This document shows positions 8,827 to 18,965 of a stretch of 52,509 nt of DNA, piece after piece. The DNA is taken from positions 1-52,509 of the forward strand of contig JAFZWF010000021.1 in NCBI GenBank assembly GCA_017617435.1, written 5' to 3'. Both the position numbers and the translations under genes were made by a program. Position 1 is the first letter of the stretch, and each line of letters opens with the position of its first letter. This DNA comes from Bacilli bacterium (GTDB taxonomy: Bacteria > Bacillota_I > Bacilli_A > RF39 > UBA660). The notes under the pieces were generated by a model. That model was given only the letters and a program-made list of their open reading frames with translations, ran no database searches and had not been told where the DNA came from.

Positions 8827-11800
8827 AAAATAAACTAAGTTGTGAAGATTCAGGCATGTCTTTAAATATACCCATTCCTGTCATTTTATCAATTAATGTT
8901 TGAGAAACTTTGCATCTAGTTTGAAAATCTTCAATTGATATAAACGGAGCTTTAGCTGCTTCTTTTTCTATATTCATTGCAACAGTTTCTCCTAGTCCAT
9001 CAATTGTAACAAATGCAGGTATTAAAGTTTTTTCATCTTCAACACCAAATGTTAAACCTTTAGATTTATATAAATCAAATGGAGCAACTTTTATACCTCT
9101 TGCAGCCATTTCTAAGGCAACATTAAGTGATTCTGATGCGCCAACTTCTTTATTAGTTGCGTCATAACCCTTATTTTTAATCTCAGTTAATTTGTTTTTA
9201 ATTGCATCATATCCACCAATCATAGCATCAATTTCAAAAGCAGTTGCTTTTGTTGAGAACCATGATGCATAAAAATATGCAGGCATATGAACTTTATACC
9301 AAGCTATTCTAAATGCACTCATAACATAAGCCGCAGCATGAGCTTTTGGGAACATGTACTTAATCTTTTCACATGAATTAATAAACCAATCAGGTATATT
9401 AGCATCAAGCATAGTTTGTTTATGTTCTGCCCAAGTTGCAGGGTCTTTACTTGCTTTTCCTTTACGAACAAATTCCATAATTTTAAATGCTTTTATTGGA
9501 ACAACACCATGATAAATTAAATAAACCATGATATCATCACGACATCCTATAACTTCACTAAATGGAACAACATTATTTTTAATTAATTCTTGAGCATTTC
9601 CAAGCCATACATCTGTACCATGTGATAAACCTGCAATTTTAACAAGTTCAGCAAAATGAGTTGGTTTAATTTCATCAACCATTCCAATTGTAAATGACGT
9701 ACCAAACTCAGGTATACCAAGTGTTCCAGTTGGACACATGATTTCTTCATTAGTTACACCTAAAGCATCAGTTGATGAGAAAATGCTCATTGTTTCCTTA
9801 TCATCAAATGGAACCAAACTTACATCTGTTTTAGATAAATCTTGAATTAATTTAAGCTGTGTTGGATCTGAGTGACCTAAAATATCTAGTTTAAGTAAGT
9901 CTTCTTCAATTGAGTGATAATCAAAGTGTGTTGTCCTCCAAGCTGATGTTGGATCATCAGCTGGAAACTGATAAGGAGTAAAATCATATACTTCTTTATA
10001 GTCAGGTACAACAACTATTCCACCTGGGTGTTGACCTGTAGTTCTTTTTACACCTGTACAACCAAGTGCAAGTCTTTCAACTTCAATATTTCTTGTAGAT
10101 AAAATCCCTTTATCTTCATAGTAACCTTTAACAAAACCAAATGCCGTTTTATCAGCAACAGTACCAATAGTACCGGCCCTATAAACATTATCAACACCAA
10201 ATAAAACTTTTGTATATTCATGAGCTGATGCTTGATTTAAATCTGAGAAGTTAAGGTCAATATCTGGAACTTTATCAGCATTAAATCCAAGGAAAGTTGC
10301 AAATGGCATATCTTGACCATCTTTTTTAAGAACTTCACCACATTTAGGACATACTCTATCCGGTAAATCGTATCCTGAAGGATAATTTTTACCAAAAGGA
10401 GTTCCATCATCATCATTAAAAATACTATGTTGACATTTTGTACATCTATAATGTGCAGGAAGTGGATTAACTTCAGTTATTCCCATGAGTGTTGCAACAA
10501 ATGATGAACCAACAGAACCACGGGAACCTACAATATATCCATCATCATTTGAATGCTTAACAAGTCTTTGAGCAATTAAGTAAATTGGATCGAATCCTCC
10601 ACCGATAATTCCACCTAAACTCTTTTTTATTTTCTTTTCTACAGCTTCGTGTGTTTGCTCACCGTCTTCAGTAATCCAGTGATTAATAACAAACTCTTCA
10701 ACTAATTTATGTACTTCATCAAAACCAGATATAATAGTATTATGAACATTTTCAAAAGTAAGAGCTTCAAGTTCTTCATTTGATTTATCAGGATTCATTT
10801 TATCTAGTTTTTCATGCCAGCAATTATATACAACATCACCATAAAGTTCTTTTGCAATTCTTTCCTCAATATTATATGGAAGAGGATCACCATACATTGA
10901 CTTAGCTTTTTCAAAAACTAAATCAGTAACAACTCTTTTACAATCAAGATAACTTTCTCCATCATCACTTCTAACTCTTGGTGAAAAAGGTACACCATGA
11001 GTTTCAATAATAACTTCTATTTCTTGAACCATATCTAAAATCTTATTAGGATTATCAATAACAATTTCATTAATTAAGGCATCATTATTTAAGAAAGCAA
11101 AATCTTCAAGCATTTCTTCTGTAGTTCTAAAATGTTGAGATGGAATTGATGTAATTTCCTTTTTAGCAAGTGGGTGTCTTCCACCACCTGGAACTTTTTG
11201 ATTAACAATAATTTCACGATAAATCTTATCTTCACGATCAAAATGATGCACATCACCAGTTGCGACAATTAATTTACCATTTTTCTTTGTTTCATCAATA
11301 ATTTTTCTTATATGATTTTGAAGTTCATAAACATCTTTAAAATCACCCGTTTGAAGCAAATGAGAATAAACTTCAGGTGGTTGGACTTCTACATAATCAT
11401 AAAATTTAATTATATTTGCAAGGTCTGATGAATCTTTACTTCTAGCTTCAATAAACACTTCAGATTCATAACAACCAGAACCAATAATTAAACCATCCCT
11501 AAGTTCATTTAATACACTTCTTGGAATTCTTGGAGATCTATAAAAATATTTCGTATTAGCAAGAGATATAATTTTAAATAAATTCTTAAGGCCAGTTCTA
11601 TTAAGTGCGATGGCATTAAAATGAAGTGTTCTACCAAATTTATGTATTTCTTCTTTAGGAACTAGTTTAGTATCAATTTCACTTATAGTTTCAATATTTT
11701 GCTGAATTAATTTTTTTAACATTTTATCAAAAACTAAAGCTGTTCCTTCAGCATCATAATCAGCTCTATGGTGAGACTCTTCATCAAAAGGAACATTATA

Positions 11801-13441
11801 TCTTTTAACTAAAGCAGATAAACTATGTCTTGCAAATCCTTGATCAAGTTGTCTTGATAACTCTAAGGTATCAATAACAGTATTAGTAAATGGACCCATA
11901 TCATATTTATTCATAGCCATTTGAACAAATGATATATCAAATTTCGCATTGTGAGCAACCATAGGACAGTTTTCTGACCAATCTAAGAATTCTTGTGTAA
12001 CAGTTTTTTCATCATCTGCATCTTTAACCATATCATCTGTAATCTCAGTTAACTGAGTTATATTATCAGGAATATGACAACCAGGATTAATAAATTTATC
12101 AAATCTATCTATGATAGCTCCATCTTTGATTTTAACAGCACCAATTTCAATCATTTGATCTCCACCAGCAGCATTAAAACCTGTTGTTTCAGTATCGAAT
12201 ACAACAAATGTATTACCTTCTAATTTTTCATCAGTTGCATCCTTAACAATTGATGTTGTATCATCAACTAAAGTAAGTTCTGTACCATACAAACCTTTAA
12301 ATTTTTTAGATGGATCTTCTTGCTTTTTATTATAACCACTAATTATTTGGTAAGCTATAGGAAATGCCTGACAACCATTATGATCAGTTATAGCAACGCC
12401 TTTATAACCCATATCAATACATCTAGATACAAGTTCACAAGTATGCTTTCCTAAATCTATTTTAGTTAAACCATCCATTTGACTCATCATTGTATGAGCA
12501 TGAAGTTCTACTCTTTTTATAGGTGCATTATCAACTCTAGATTCATCTTTACTTTTAATTTTTTCTATACCTTTAATATTAAAAACTAAATCTTTTAAAT
12601 ATAAATCATCTTCTATATCACCATAAAATCTATACCATGAACCTTCTTTAATATTTTTTGATATATACTTAAACTCTTCTTCATCAAATCTTAAAAGTTT
12701 AGCCATAATACTATTAGTTTTGTCACTAATTTTTATATTTATTATATAAATAGGTCCTTTTTTACCTTGTCTTTCAACAAAATCAGTTCCAAAAACATAA
12801 GCTTCAAGTATTATATTTTTTCCCTCAGTTACAAGTGAACCAAGTTCACTTACATCACCATCCATATGTTTACCATAAATAACATCAGACTCAGGTTCAT
12901 GTACTTCTTTAATTTTTACTTCTTCTTTACTTTTATTAATTTCACCTATTATTTCTTCTCTTTTAGTTTCATTAAGTCTTGTTGTTATTATAAGTTCTGG
13001 GAACCCAAAACTAAGAAGTTCACTTGTTATTTTTTTTGTTTCTTTGTTTATTTCATTTTCCTCAATTTTACTTGAAACCTCGACAATAATAATTTCTCCA
13101 TCTTTTTCAATTAAAGTATTACTTAAACTAATTAAAGAAGGTCTTTTTTTAGCAAGTTCATTAATTATATCATTAACATACGAATTAATCTGTTCATCAG
13201 TTAAATTCTCATAATCAAAGTGAAGAACACACTTTTTTTCTCCATTAATACCTTTATTTGCACATGTCAAAAGTTTTCTTATATCTTTCAAATTTATAAG
13301 CTTTTTAAGTTTTAAATACACGTTAAAACATTCATCTTTTCGATTAAGAACAACTTTATCTATTTCTAAATCATTAAAGTCATCTAAAACTGTAGGAGTA
13401 AAATTAATGCTGTTAAAAAAACGTGATACTGCTTCATTCAT
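8825..13441 (-). CDS. polC: DNA polymerase III PolC-type alpha subunit
   Basis: PHP domain ELHAHT, DEDD exonuclease FDTETTG, GSRGSVGSS, VPDIDLNFS, FPKAHAAAY, C-terminal clamp motif QLSLF. Confidence 0.98.
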   Translation of the reverse strand: MNEAVSRFFNSINFTPTVLDDFNDLEIDKVVLNRKDECFNVYLKLKKLINLKDIRKLLTCANKGINGEKKCVLHFDYENLTDEQINSYVNDIINELAKKRPSLISLSNTLIEKDGEIIIVEVSSKIEENEINKETKKITSELLSFGFPELIITTRLNETKREEIIGEINKSKEEVKIKEVHEPESDVIYGKHMDGDVSELGSLVTEGKNIILEAYVFGTDFVERQGKKGPIYIINIKISDKTNSIMAKLLRFDEEEFKYISKNIKEGSWYRFYGDIEDDLYLKDLVFNIKGIEKIKSKDESRVDNAPIKRVELHAHTMMSQMDGLTKIDLGKHTCELVSRCIDMGYKGVAITDHNGCQAFPIAYQIISGYNKKQEDPSKKFKGLYGTELTLVDDTTSIVKDATDEKLEGNTFVVFDTETTGFNAAGGDQMIEIGAVKIKDGAIIDRFDKFINPGCHIPDNITQLTEITDDMVKDADDEKTVTQEFLDWSENCPMVAHNAKFDISFVQMAMNKYDMGPFTNTVIDTLELSRQLDQGFARHSLSALVKRYNVPFDEESHHRADYDAEGTALVFDKMLKKLIQQNIETISEIDTKLVPKEEIHKFGRTLHFNAIALNRTGLKNLFKIISLANTKYFYRSPRIPRSVLNELRDGLIIGSGCYESEVFIEARSKDSSDLANIIKFYDYVEVQPPEVYSHLLQTGDFKDVYELQNHIRKIIDETKKNGKLIVATGDVHHFDREDKIYREIIVNQKVPGGGRHPLAKKEITSIPSQHFRTTEEMLEDFAFLNNDALINEIVIDNPNKILDMVQEIEVIIETHGVPFSPRVRSDDGESYLDCKRVVTDLVFEKAKSMYGDPLPYNIEERIAKELYGDVVYNCWHEKLDKMNPDKSNEELEALTFENVHNTIISGFDEVHKLVEEFVINHWITEDGEQTHEAVEKKIKKSLGGIIGGGFDPIYLIAQRLVKHSNDDGYIVGSRGSVGSSFVATLMGITEVNPLPAHYRCTKCQHSIFNDDDGTPFGKNYPSGYDLPDRVCPKCGEVLKKDGQDMPFATFLGFNADKVPDIDLNFSDLNQASAHEYTKVLFGVDNVYRAGTIGTVADKTAFGFVKGYYEDKGILSTRNIEVERLALGCTGVKRTTGQHPGGIVVVPDYKEVYDFTPYQFPADDPTSAWRTTHFDYHSIEEDLLKLDILGHSDPTQLKLIQDLSKTDVSLVPFDDKETMSIFSSTDALGVTNEEIMCPTGTLGIPEFGTSFTIGMVDEIKPTHFAELVKIAGLSHGTDVWLGNAQELIKNNVVPFSEVIGCRDDIMVYLIYHGVVPIKAFKIMEFVRKGKASKDPATWAEHKQTMLDANIPDWFINSCEKIKYMFPKAHAAAYVMSAFRIAWYKVHMPAYFYASWFSTKATAFEIDAMIGGYDAIKNKLTEIKNKGYDATNKEVGASESLNVALEMAARGIKVAPFDLYKSKGLTFGVEDEKTLIPAFVTIDGLGETVAMNIEKEAAKAPFISIEDFQTRCKVSQTLIDKMTGMGIFKDMPESSQLSLF

Positions 13442-13571
13442 TTGAAAAACCCTCCTACATTTTAAAACTATAGTTATTATAACATATCTAAACTTAAAAT
13501 TGATATTAAAAGTATCATAGTTTTCATAAAAAAAATCTCTACTTTTTTAAGTAGAGAGTTTATTTTATAGA

Positions 13572-14249
13572 TTATAAGCCAGCTTGATTAATACCATACT
13601 CTGCTTGCTCTTGTGTAAACCCATCAAATAACAATTGATTTAATAATTCTTCTCTTGATAATTTAGATGATTCCAGATAAATTTTGGCTTTTTTAGAAGC
13701 TTGTTCACTCCAATTTGCACCTGAATTTTCAACACCATATTTAGCTTGTTCTATAGTAAATTTATCGAATTTTAATTGTTCAACTAATGAGTTATAAGAA
13801 AAAGGTAAAACTTGTAAATAAGATTGTGCTTTTTTAACAGCATTTAGATTCCAATCTATAGTTAAAGTATTTATTCCCTTTACAGATTCATCATTTGTAT
13901 ATCCTTCAATCATAAGAAGTTCAACTATTCCATCATATGAAAGTGGATATAAATCTAAGTATTGTTTTGCTCTTTGTGCTGCTGTAAGTTTTTCACCATT
14001 AGTTGGAACATTGTAAACAGCTGTTGGATCATTTTCTACACTTTTATTATTATTTGGAGCAACATTCTTTTTATTATCTTCTTTACTTTTTTTATTTCCA
14101 TCTTTGTGGAAAATAACAATAATTCCAATAATTAAGCAAATAAGAACTAATGCAGAAATTACATAAATAATAATGGTTCTTTTATTACTAACTTTATTAT
14201 CACCGCTATTTTGAGCAGGTATATTATTAAAACTAATATCTTGATTCAT
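13572..14249 (-). CDS. Membrane-anchored Ltp-family repeat protein
   Basis: One N-terminal TM helix, then three ~45-aa repeats of the form A..YL....(F/L)S...L..QL.FD.FT.EQA.YG. Confidence 0.8.
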   Translation of the reverse strand: MNQDISFNNIPAQNSGDNKVSNKRTIIIYVISALVLICLIIGIIVIFHKDGNKKSKEDNKKNVAPNNNKSVENDPTAVYNVPTNGEKLTAAQRAKQYLDLYPLSYDGIVELLMIEGYTNDESVKGINTLTIDWNLNAVKKAQSYLQVLPFSYNSLVEQLKFDKFTIEQAKYGVENSGANWSEQASKKAKIYLESSKLSREELLNQLLFDGFTQEQAEYGINQAGL

Positions 14250-14343
14250 TTATATCATCCCTTTTAATAATTATAATATTTAAAATAACAATCATCAATA
14301 AAGTAAATATTAAAAAGATGTAAAGCGTTGTGAATAAATATCA

Positions 14344-17235
14344 TTATTTATTTTTTTTCTTTATGTTATTAACTAATATTTGATAATCATTATATCTTTT
14401 ACCGACATTTCCATTAACTAGGATAATATCTCCTTCAATTAAATTATTTATTAAACTAATATTTCTTGGAAATATAACTAACTCTATTTCTCCTGTTTCA
14501 TCAGAAGCAATAATTGAAGCCATGTTTTCATTTTTCTTAGTTTTAAAAGTTCTTATTAGTTCAATACATAGAACCATATTAACAGCCTTATCAAAATGTT
14601 TAGATATATTTTCGATTTTTACTACATTTTGATGATATGAAGACGAAGGATGATTACTTACATAAAAACCATATGAGCTTTTTTCATTTAATCTTAATTC
14701 ATTTTCTGTATAATCATTTTCAATAATTAAGTATGGTACTTCAACTTCATTTTCATTCATACCTTCAGCAATCTCAGCAAAATTTATAATACTATCTATA
14801 TTTACTATATAAGTTTTTTGATTATATGAAAAATCTCTAAACACATCTGCCTTTATTAATTTTTCTATATTTTGTTTATTAATATATTTATTAGGTATTC
14901 TTCTAACAAAATCAAAAATACTTTTATAGTCGGCATTTTTTCTCTCTTCAACTATAACCTTACTAAATTCCTCAGATATTCCAATAATTTGATTAAATGG
15001 AAGTAGAATGTTTATTCCTTTAATAATAAATTCGTTAGTACTTTTATTTATTAATGGCTTAAATATTTTTAAATGAAATTTTTGTGCTTCATTTAAATAT
15101 TCCTTACATTTAACTTGTGCTTTACCAAATATATTTAAACTAGTTGTTATAAATATATCCGGATAATTAGCTTTCAAATAAGCCATTTTGTAACCTATTA
15201 AAGCATATGAAACACTATGTGCTTTATTAAATCCATAGTTAGCAAATTTTAAAATTAAATTATATACATCTTCTGCAATCTTTCTTGTATATCCTTTATT
15301 TATAGATCTATTTATAAAAATATCTTTTTCTTTTAGTAATATTTCTTCTTTCTTTTTACTCATCGCTCGTCTTATATTATCCGCCTCAGCATAATCATAA
15401 TCAGCCATAATACTTAAAATTTGCATTATTTGTTCTTGATAAACTATTATTCCATAAGTTTCCTTTAAAACACTCTTTAAACTCTCATGAGGATATTTAA
15501 TTCTATCAGGATTTTGTTTATTTTTAATATATAAATCAATATTATCTATAGGTCCAGGTCTAAAAAGAGCAACAGCAGCAATTAAGTCTTCAAAACATGA
15601 TGGCTTTAATTTAGGAAGTAAGTTTTGCATACCGCTTGTTTCAAATTGAAATATTCCGAGTGTATTTCCACTTTTTAAAAGTCTATATGTTTTTTCATCA
15701 TCAAGAGGAATATTATTAAAATCTATTTTTTCTTTTTTTGAAACGTTATTCACTATTTCTTTAATTGTTGATATATTTTTAAGACCTAAAAAATCCATTT
15801 TTAATAAACCATTTTCTTCAAGTTCATTCATAGTTAAACCAACAACTAATTCATTATCTGTTTTTAAAACAGGAACAATGTCTTTTAAATTTTCATTTGA
15901 TATAACAACACCAGCAGCATGAGTAGATGTGTGTCTTTTAAGTCCATATATTTTACTTGCTATTTTATAACAAAGTTTAAGTTCATTATCACCATTTAAA
16001 ATATTTTCAACATCTTTATTATAGTTATCTTTTAAACTTAAATCTGCAGAAATAAATTTCATAAGTTTAGAAATTCTCTCATCATCTATTTTCAAAACTC
16101 TAGCAACATCGCGAAGCGCTTGTTTTGACCCTAAAGTTCCATAAGTTATAATTAAACCTACTTTATCTTGTGTATATTTATCTTTAACATATTTTATAAC
16201 GTCATATCTTTTTTCATCTTCAAAATCAATGTCAATATCAGGCATTGTAACTCTTTTTGGATTTAAAAATCTTTCAAATAATAAATTATATTTAAGTGGA
16301 TCTATATCAGTTATTCCAAGACAATAGCTAACTAAAGAACCAGCTGCACTTCCTCTTCCAGGACCAACACCAATATTATTTTTTTTTGCATACAAAACAT
16401 AATCATATACAATTAAAAAATAATCCACAAATCCCATTTTATTAATGACATCAAGTTCATAATTTAATCTTTGCTTATACTCATTATCTACTTCACCATG
16501 AAACCTTTTTTCAAGACCTTTTATACATAAACTTATTAGTAGCTTATATTGATCTTTATCAGTTTGGTATTTAGGTAAATAATTAGGTTTTACAGGAAAC
16601 TCAATATTAATTAGATCTACAAAATACTTATTATTATCATCTATAATTTTGTTATTTAAAAAATCTTCCAAAGAATAATTTTCACAAATAACTTTATCAT
16701 CAACTGTTTCTCCATTTTTAATTAGTGATAAATAATTTAAATAATCATTATCACGACTTTCTATTAATTTAATATCTTGAATAAATAAAGATTTATAACT
16801 AGTTACATCAATATTTGCTTTTTCTTTTTCATTTTCATATGAAACAAACATTATATAATCTTTGAATTCTTTAGCTATAGTTCTTGATCTATATGGAATA
16901 ACAAAAATAATATTTGATGCATATAAATTCAAATCAAGAAGAGATACTTCTCTTTCTTGAGATATATAATTTATATTTAAAAGAGCTTTATAGCCATCAT
17001 AATTTTTAGCGTATAAATAAACAGAGTTATCTAATATTTTAATTTCTAAACCAATTATAGGTTTTATATTGTTTTCCCTACACTTTTTATAAAATAAATA
17101 TGAACCAAAAAGATTAGTATCACAAATACCACATGAAGATATATGTTTATCTTTAAGACAAGATATAAGTTTATCAAGTGTAATTAAACTTGATAGTAGT
17201 GTATAATCCGTTGTAATTTTAATAGGTATATTCAT
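14344..17235 (-). CDS. dnaE: DNA polymerase III DnaE alpha subunit
   Basis: GPGRGSAAGSLV, MPDIDIDF, STHAAGVVI, KMDFLGL, YGFNKAHS; C-terminal OB fold. Confidence 0.97.
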   Translation of the reverse strand: MNIPIKITTDYTLLSSLITLDKLISCLKDKHISSCGICDTNLFGSYLFYKKCRENNIKPIIGLEIKILDNSVYLYAKNYDGYKALLNINYISQEREVSLLDLNLYASNIIFVIPYRSRTIAKEFKDYIMFVSYENEKEKANIDVTSYKSLFIQDIKLIESRDNDYLNYLSLIKNGETVDDKVICENYSLEDFLNNKIIDDNNKYFVDLINIEFPVKPNYLPKYQTDKDQYKLLISLCIKGLEKRFHGEVDNEYKQRLNYELDVINKMGFVDYFLIVYDYVLYAKKNNIGVGPGRGSAAGSLVSYCLGITDIDPLKYNLLFERFLNPKRVTMPDIDIDFEDEKRYDVIKYVKDKYTQDKVGLIITYGTLGSKQALRDVARVLKIDDERISKLMKFISADLSLKDNYNKDVENILNGDNELKLCYKIASKIYGLKRHTSTHAAGVVISNENLKDIVPVLKTDNELVVGLTMNELEENGLLKMDFLGLKNISTIKEIVNNVSKKEKIDFNNIPLDDEKTYRLLKSGNTLGIFQFETSGMQNLLPKLKPSCFEDLIAAVALFRPGPIDNIDLYIKNKQNPDRIKYPHESLKSVLKETYGIIVYQEQIMQILSIMADYDYAEADNIRRAMSKKKEEILLKEKDIFINRSINKGYTRKIAEDVYNLILKFANYGFNKAHSVSYALIGYKMAYLKANYPDIFITTSLNIFGKAQVKCKEYLNEAQKFHLKIFKPLINKSTNEFIIKGINILLPFNQIIGISEEFSKVIVEERKNADYKSIFDFVRRIPNKYINKQNIEKLIKADVFRDFSYNQKTYIVNIDSIINFAEIAEGMNENEVEVPYLIIENDYTENELRLNEKSSYGFYVSNHPSSSYHQNVVKIENISKHFDKAVNMVLCIELIRTFKTKKNENMASIIASDETGEIELVIFPRNISLINNLIEGDIILVNGNVGKRYNDYQILVNNIKKKNK

Positions 17236-17362
17236 AAATTATCACCACGCTATCTTTATATATAAAAAGTATATCACTTATTTACATTCTTTTTTATTAA
17301 ATATTATTCTAACAAATAGATATTGTTATATCAATTAAAAAAAGGCATCACTGCCTTTTAAT

Positions 17363-17821
17363 TTAACAAGAAGTTTTTGAAAGATTACTCCCTTTTTCAA
17401 CATCGCTAGTGCTTATAGGTTTTGTTTTTCCATTAATAGTGTAAGTTCCATTTGTTAAATAAATCTTCCAATTTCCATCTTTTGTTTTTAAAATAATTCC
17501 ACTATAATCTAAAGCATATGATACATCTATATATTCACCAATAAGTTCATTTATATTAAAACAAAGTTCTTCTGATTCATCACCTAGTAATGCATTATCA
17601 ATAACTTCTTTTTCCTCAGCTGCTTTCATAAAGGCATATGCTTCATCAATAAAAGCATTTATTTTCCCTTTTTCAACCCTTTGATAAGAATCAATATCAT
17701 CATCCTTATTTTTTTTATCTTCACCTACTGAACAAGCGGCTGAAACATACATAAAAATTATTAGTAAGATACATAAAATAATTCTTGTTAATATATTATT
17801 ATTTTTCACACATAAACACAC
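17363..17821 (-). CDS. Putative lipoprotein with a pilin-like globular region
   Basis: Hydrophobic signal ending VSAAC (lipobox-like); the start may be GTG at 17809; terminator AAAAGGCA/TGCCTTTT follows. Confidence 0.55.
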   Translation of the reverse strand: MCLCVKNNNILTRIILCILLIIFMYVSAACSVGEDKKNKDDDIDSYQRVEKGKINAFIDEAYAFMKAAEEKEVIDNALLGDESEELCFNINELIGEYIDVSYALDYSGIILKTKDGNWKIYLTNGTYTINGKTKPISTSDVEKGSNLSKTSC

Positions 17822-17957
17822 CTTTTCTAAAATTATAAAATAAACTAATAATATGTAAAATATTAATTTATTTATATTTTACATACCATGTACATTATAA
17901 ATATCAAATAAACGTTAAATGAATATATTCAAAATTTCATGTTTTTCCCATATTTAT

Positions 17958-17986
17958 TTGACTTTAATACGATATTTTGGTATAGT
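17958..17986 (+). promoter_or_regulatory. sigma-A promoter of rpmB
   Basis: TTGACT-17 nt-TATAGT with a TG extension. Confidence 0.75.
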
Positions 17987-18017
17987 TTTTAAGTAATTAA
18001 TTGGAGGTGGCTAATTT

Positions 18018-18179
18018 ATGGCAACAAAAGTAACAAAGAAAAAACCATTAACTGGTAACTTAAGAAGTCACGCATGTAATGCAACAAAAACTAAACAAAA
18101 ACCTAATCTTCAAAAAAAGACTATTAATGGACAAAAAGTAATCATTAGTGCAAGAGAAGCAAAAACAATGAATAAATAA
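18018..18179 (+). CDS. rpmB: 50S ribosomal protein L28 (53 aa)
   Basis: Manual translation MATKVTKKKPLTGNLRSHACNATKTKQKPNLQKKTINGQKVIISAREAKTMNK; RBS GGAGG; below the ORF-track cutoff. Confidence 0.93.
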   Translation: MATKVTKKKPLTGNLRSHACNATKTKQKPNLQKKTINGQKVIISAREAKTMNK

Positions 18180-18194
18180 TTATTCATTGTTTTT

Positions 18195-18965
18195 TTATTT
18201 TCTAATTAATTTATGTTTTTTATTATTTTCTAATGTTAGATACTGTTCATCTGCAATTAAAGTTATATACCTAAAAATCGTTTTTTCATCCTCAACAAGT
18301 TCATTAAATATATCCTTTGATATATTTAATTTTTTCATGTTTGCTATTCTTTCAGAAACAAAATTTAAAACTGCATCTTGAGACATTGTTTTAATTTTTA
18401 GTATATATGCATATCTATCAGAAATGTTGATTAAATTAAGTTCTTCAACTATTTGATTATAAATATAGTTTTCAATCATATTTTCATCAACATCAAAATC
18501 TAAATTATTAAACTTTACTATATTTCCATTCATAAAATATACTTTTATAGGTTTAGATAAAAATCCATTAAGAACTTTCTTTATCTTTTTGGTATTTTTA
18601 TTTTCTTCAAATAATCTTTTTACAGATTCATAATACTTATCTTTAAAACTTCTTTTTTGATTTAAAAAACATTCAATATATATTTCAATAAATGAAGGAT
18701 ATATCTGCTTTGCGCACATACTAATTTCTTTACTGAATGAATCAGAATAGTTTTCTAGTTTACTGATTAAAGATGGATATTTAAATAAAATATAGTACAT
18801 AAAATATATAGGCATTTTTTCATTATCTAAGTATACTTCATCAATATCTTTTACAAGTTTTTTTAATTTATGAAATTCCTTATTAACTATCTTAGTTGTT
18901 CCTCTTTTATTTAAAAAATCTAAGGTTGGTAAATTAATTTTAGTTAGTTCTTCTATATTTTTCAT
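18195..18965 (-). CDS. Hypothetical protein, probable paralogue of the upstream ORF
   Basis: Long ORF; likely ATG 18965 behind GAGGG, overlapping the end of the upstream gene. Confidence 0.7.
   Translation of the reverse strand: MKNIEELTKINLPTLDFLNKRGTTKIVNKEFHKLKKLVKDIDEVYLDNEKMPIYFMYYILFKYPSLISKLENYSDSFSKEISMCAKQIYPSFIEIYIECFLNQKRSFKDKYYESVKRLFEENKNTKKIKKVLNGFLSKPIKVYFMNGNIVKFNNLDFDVDENMIENYIYNQIVEELNLINISDRYAYILKIKTMSQDAVLNFVSERIANMKKLNISKDIFNELVEDEKTIFRYITLIADEQYLTLENNKKHKLIRK

Noticed and set aside
10616-10843. PolC insertion as an intein
   Set aside because: No N-terminal Cys/Ser or C-terminal His-Asn followed by a nucleophile, and too short
13572-14249. Prophage remnant around the Ltp-like gene
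   Set aside because: No integrase, repressor, structural genes or att-like repeats; flanked by core polymerase genes
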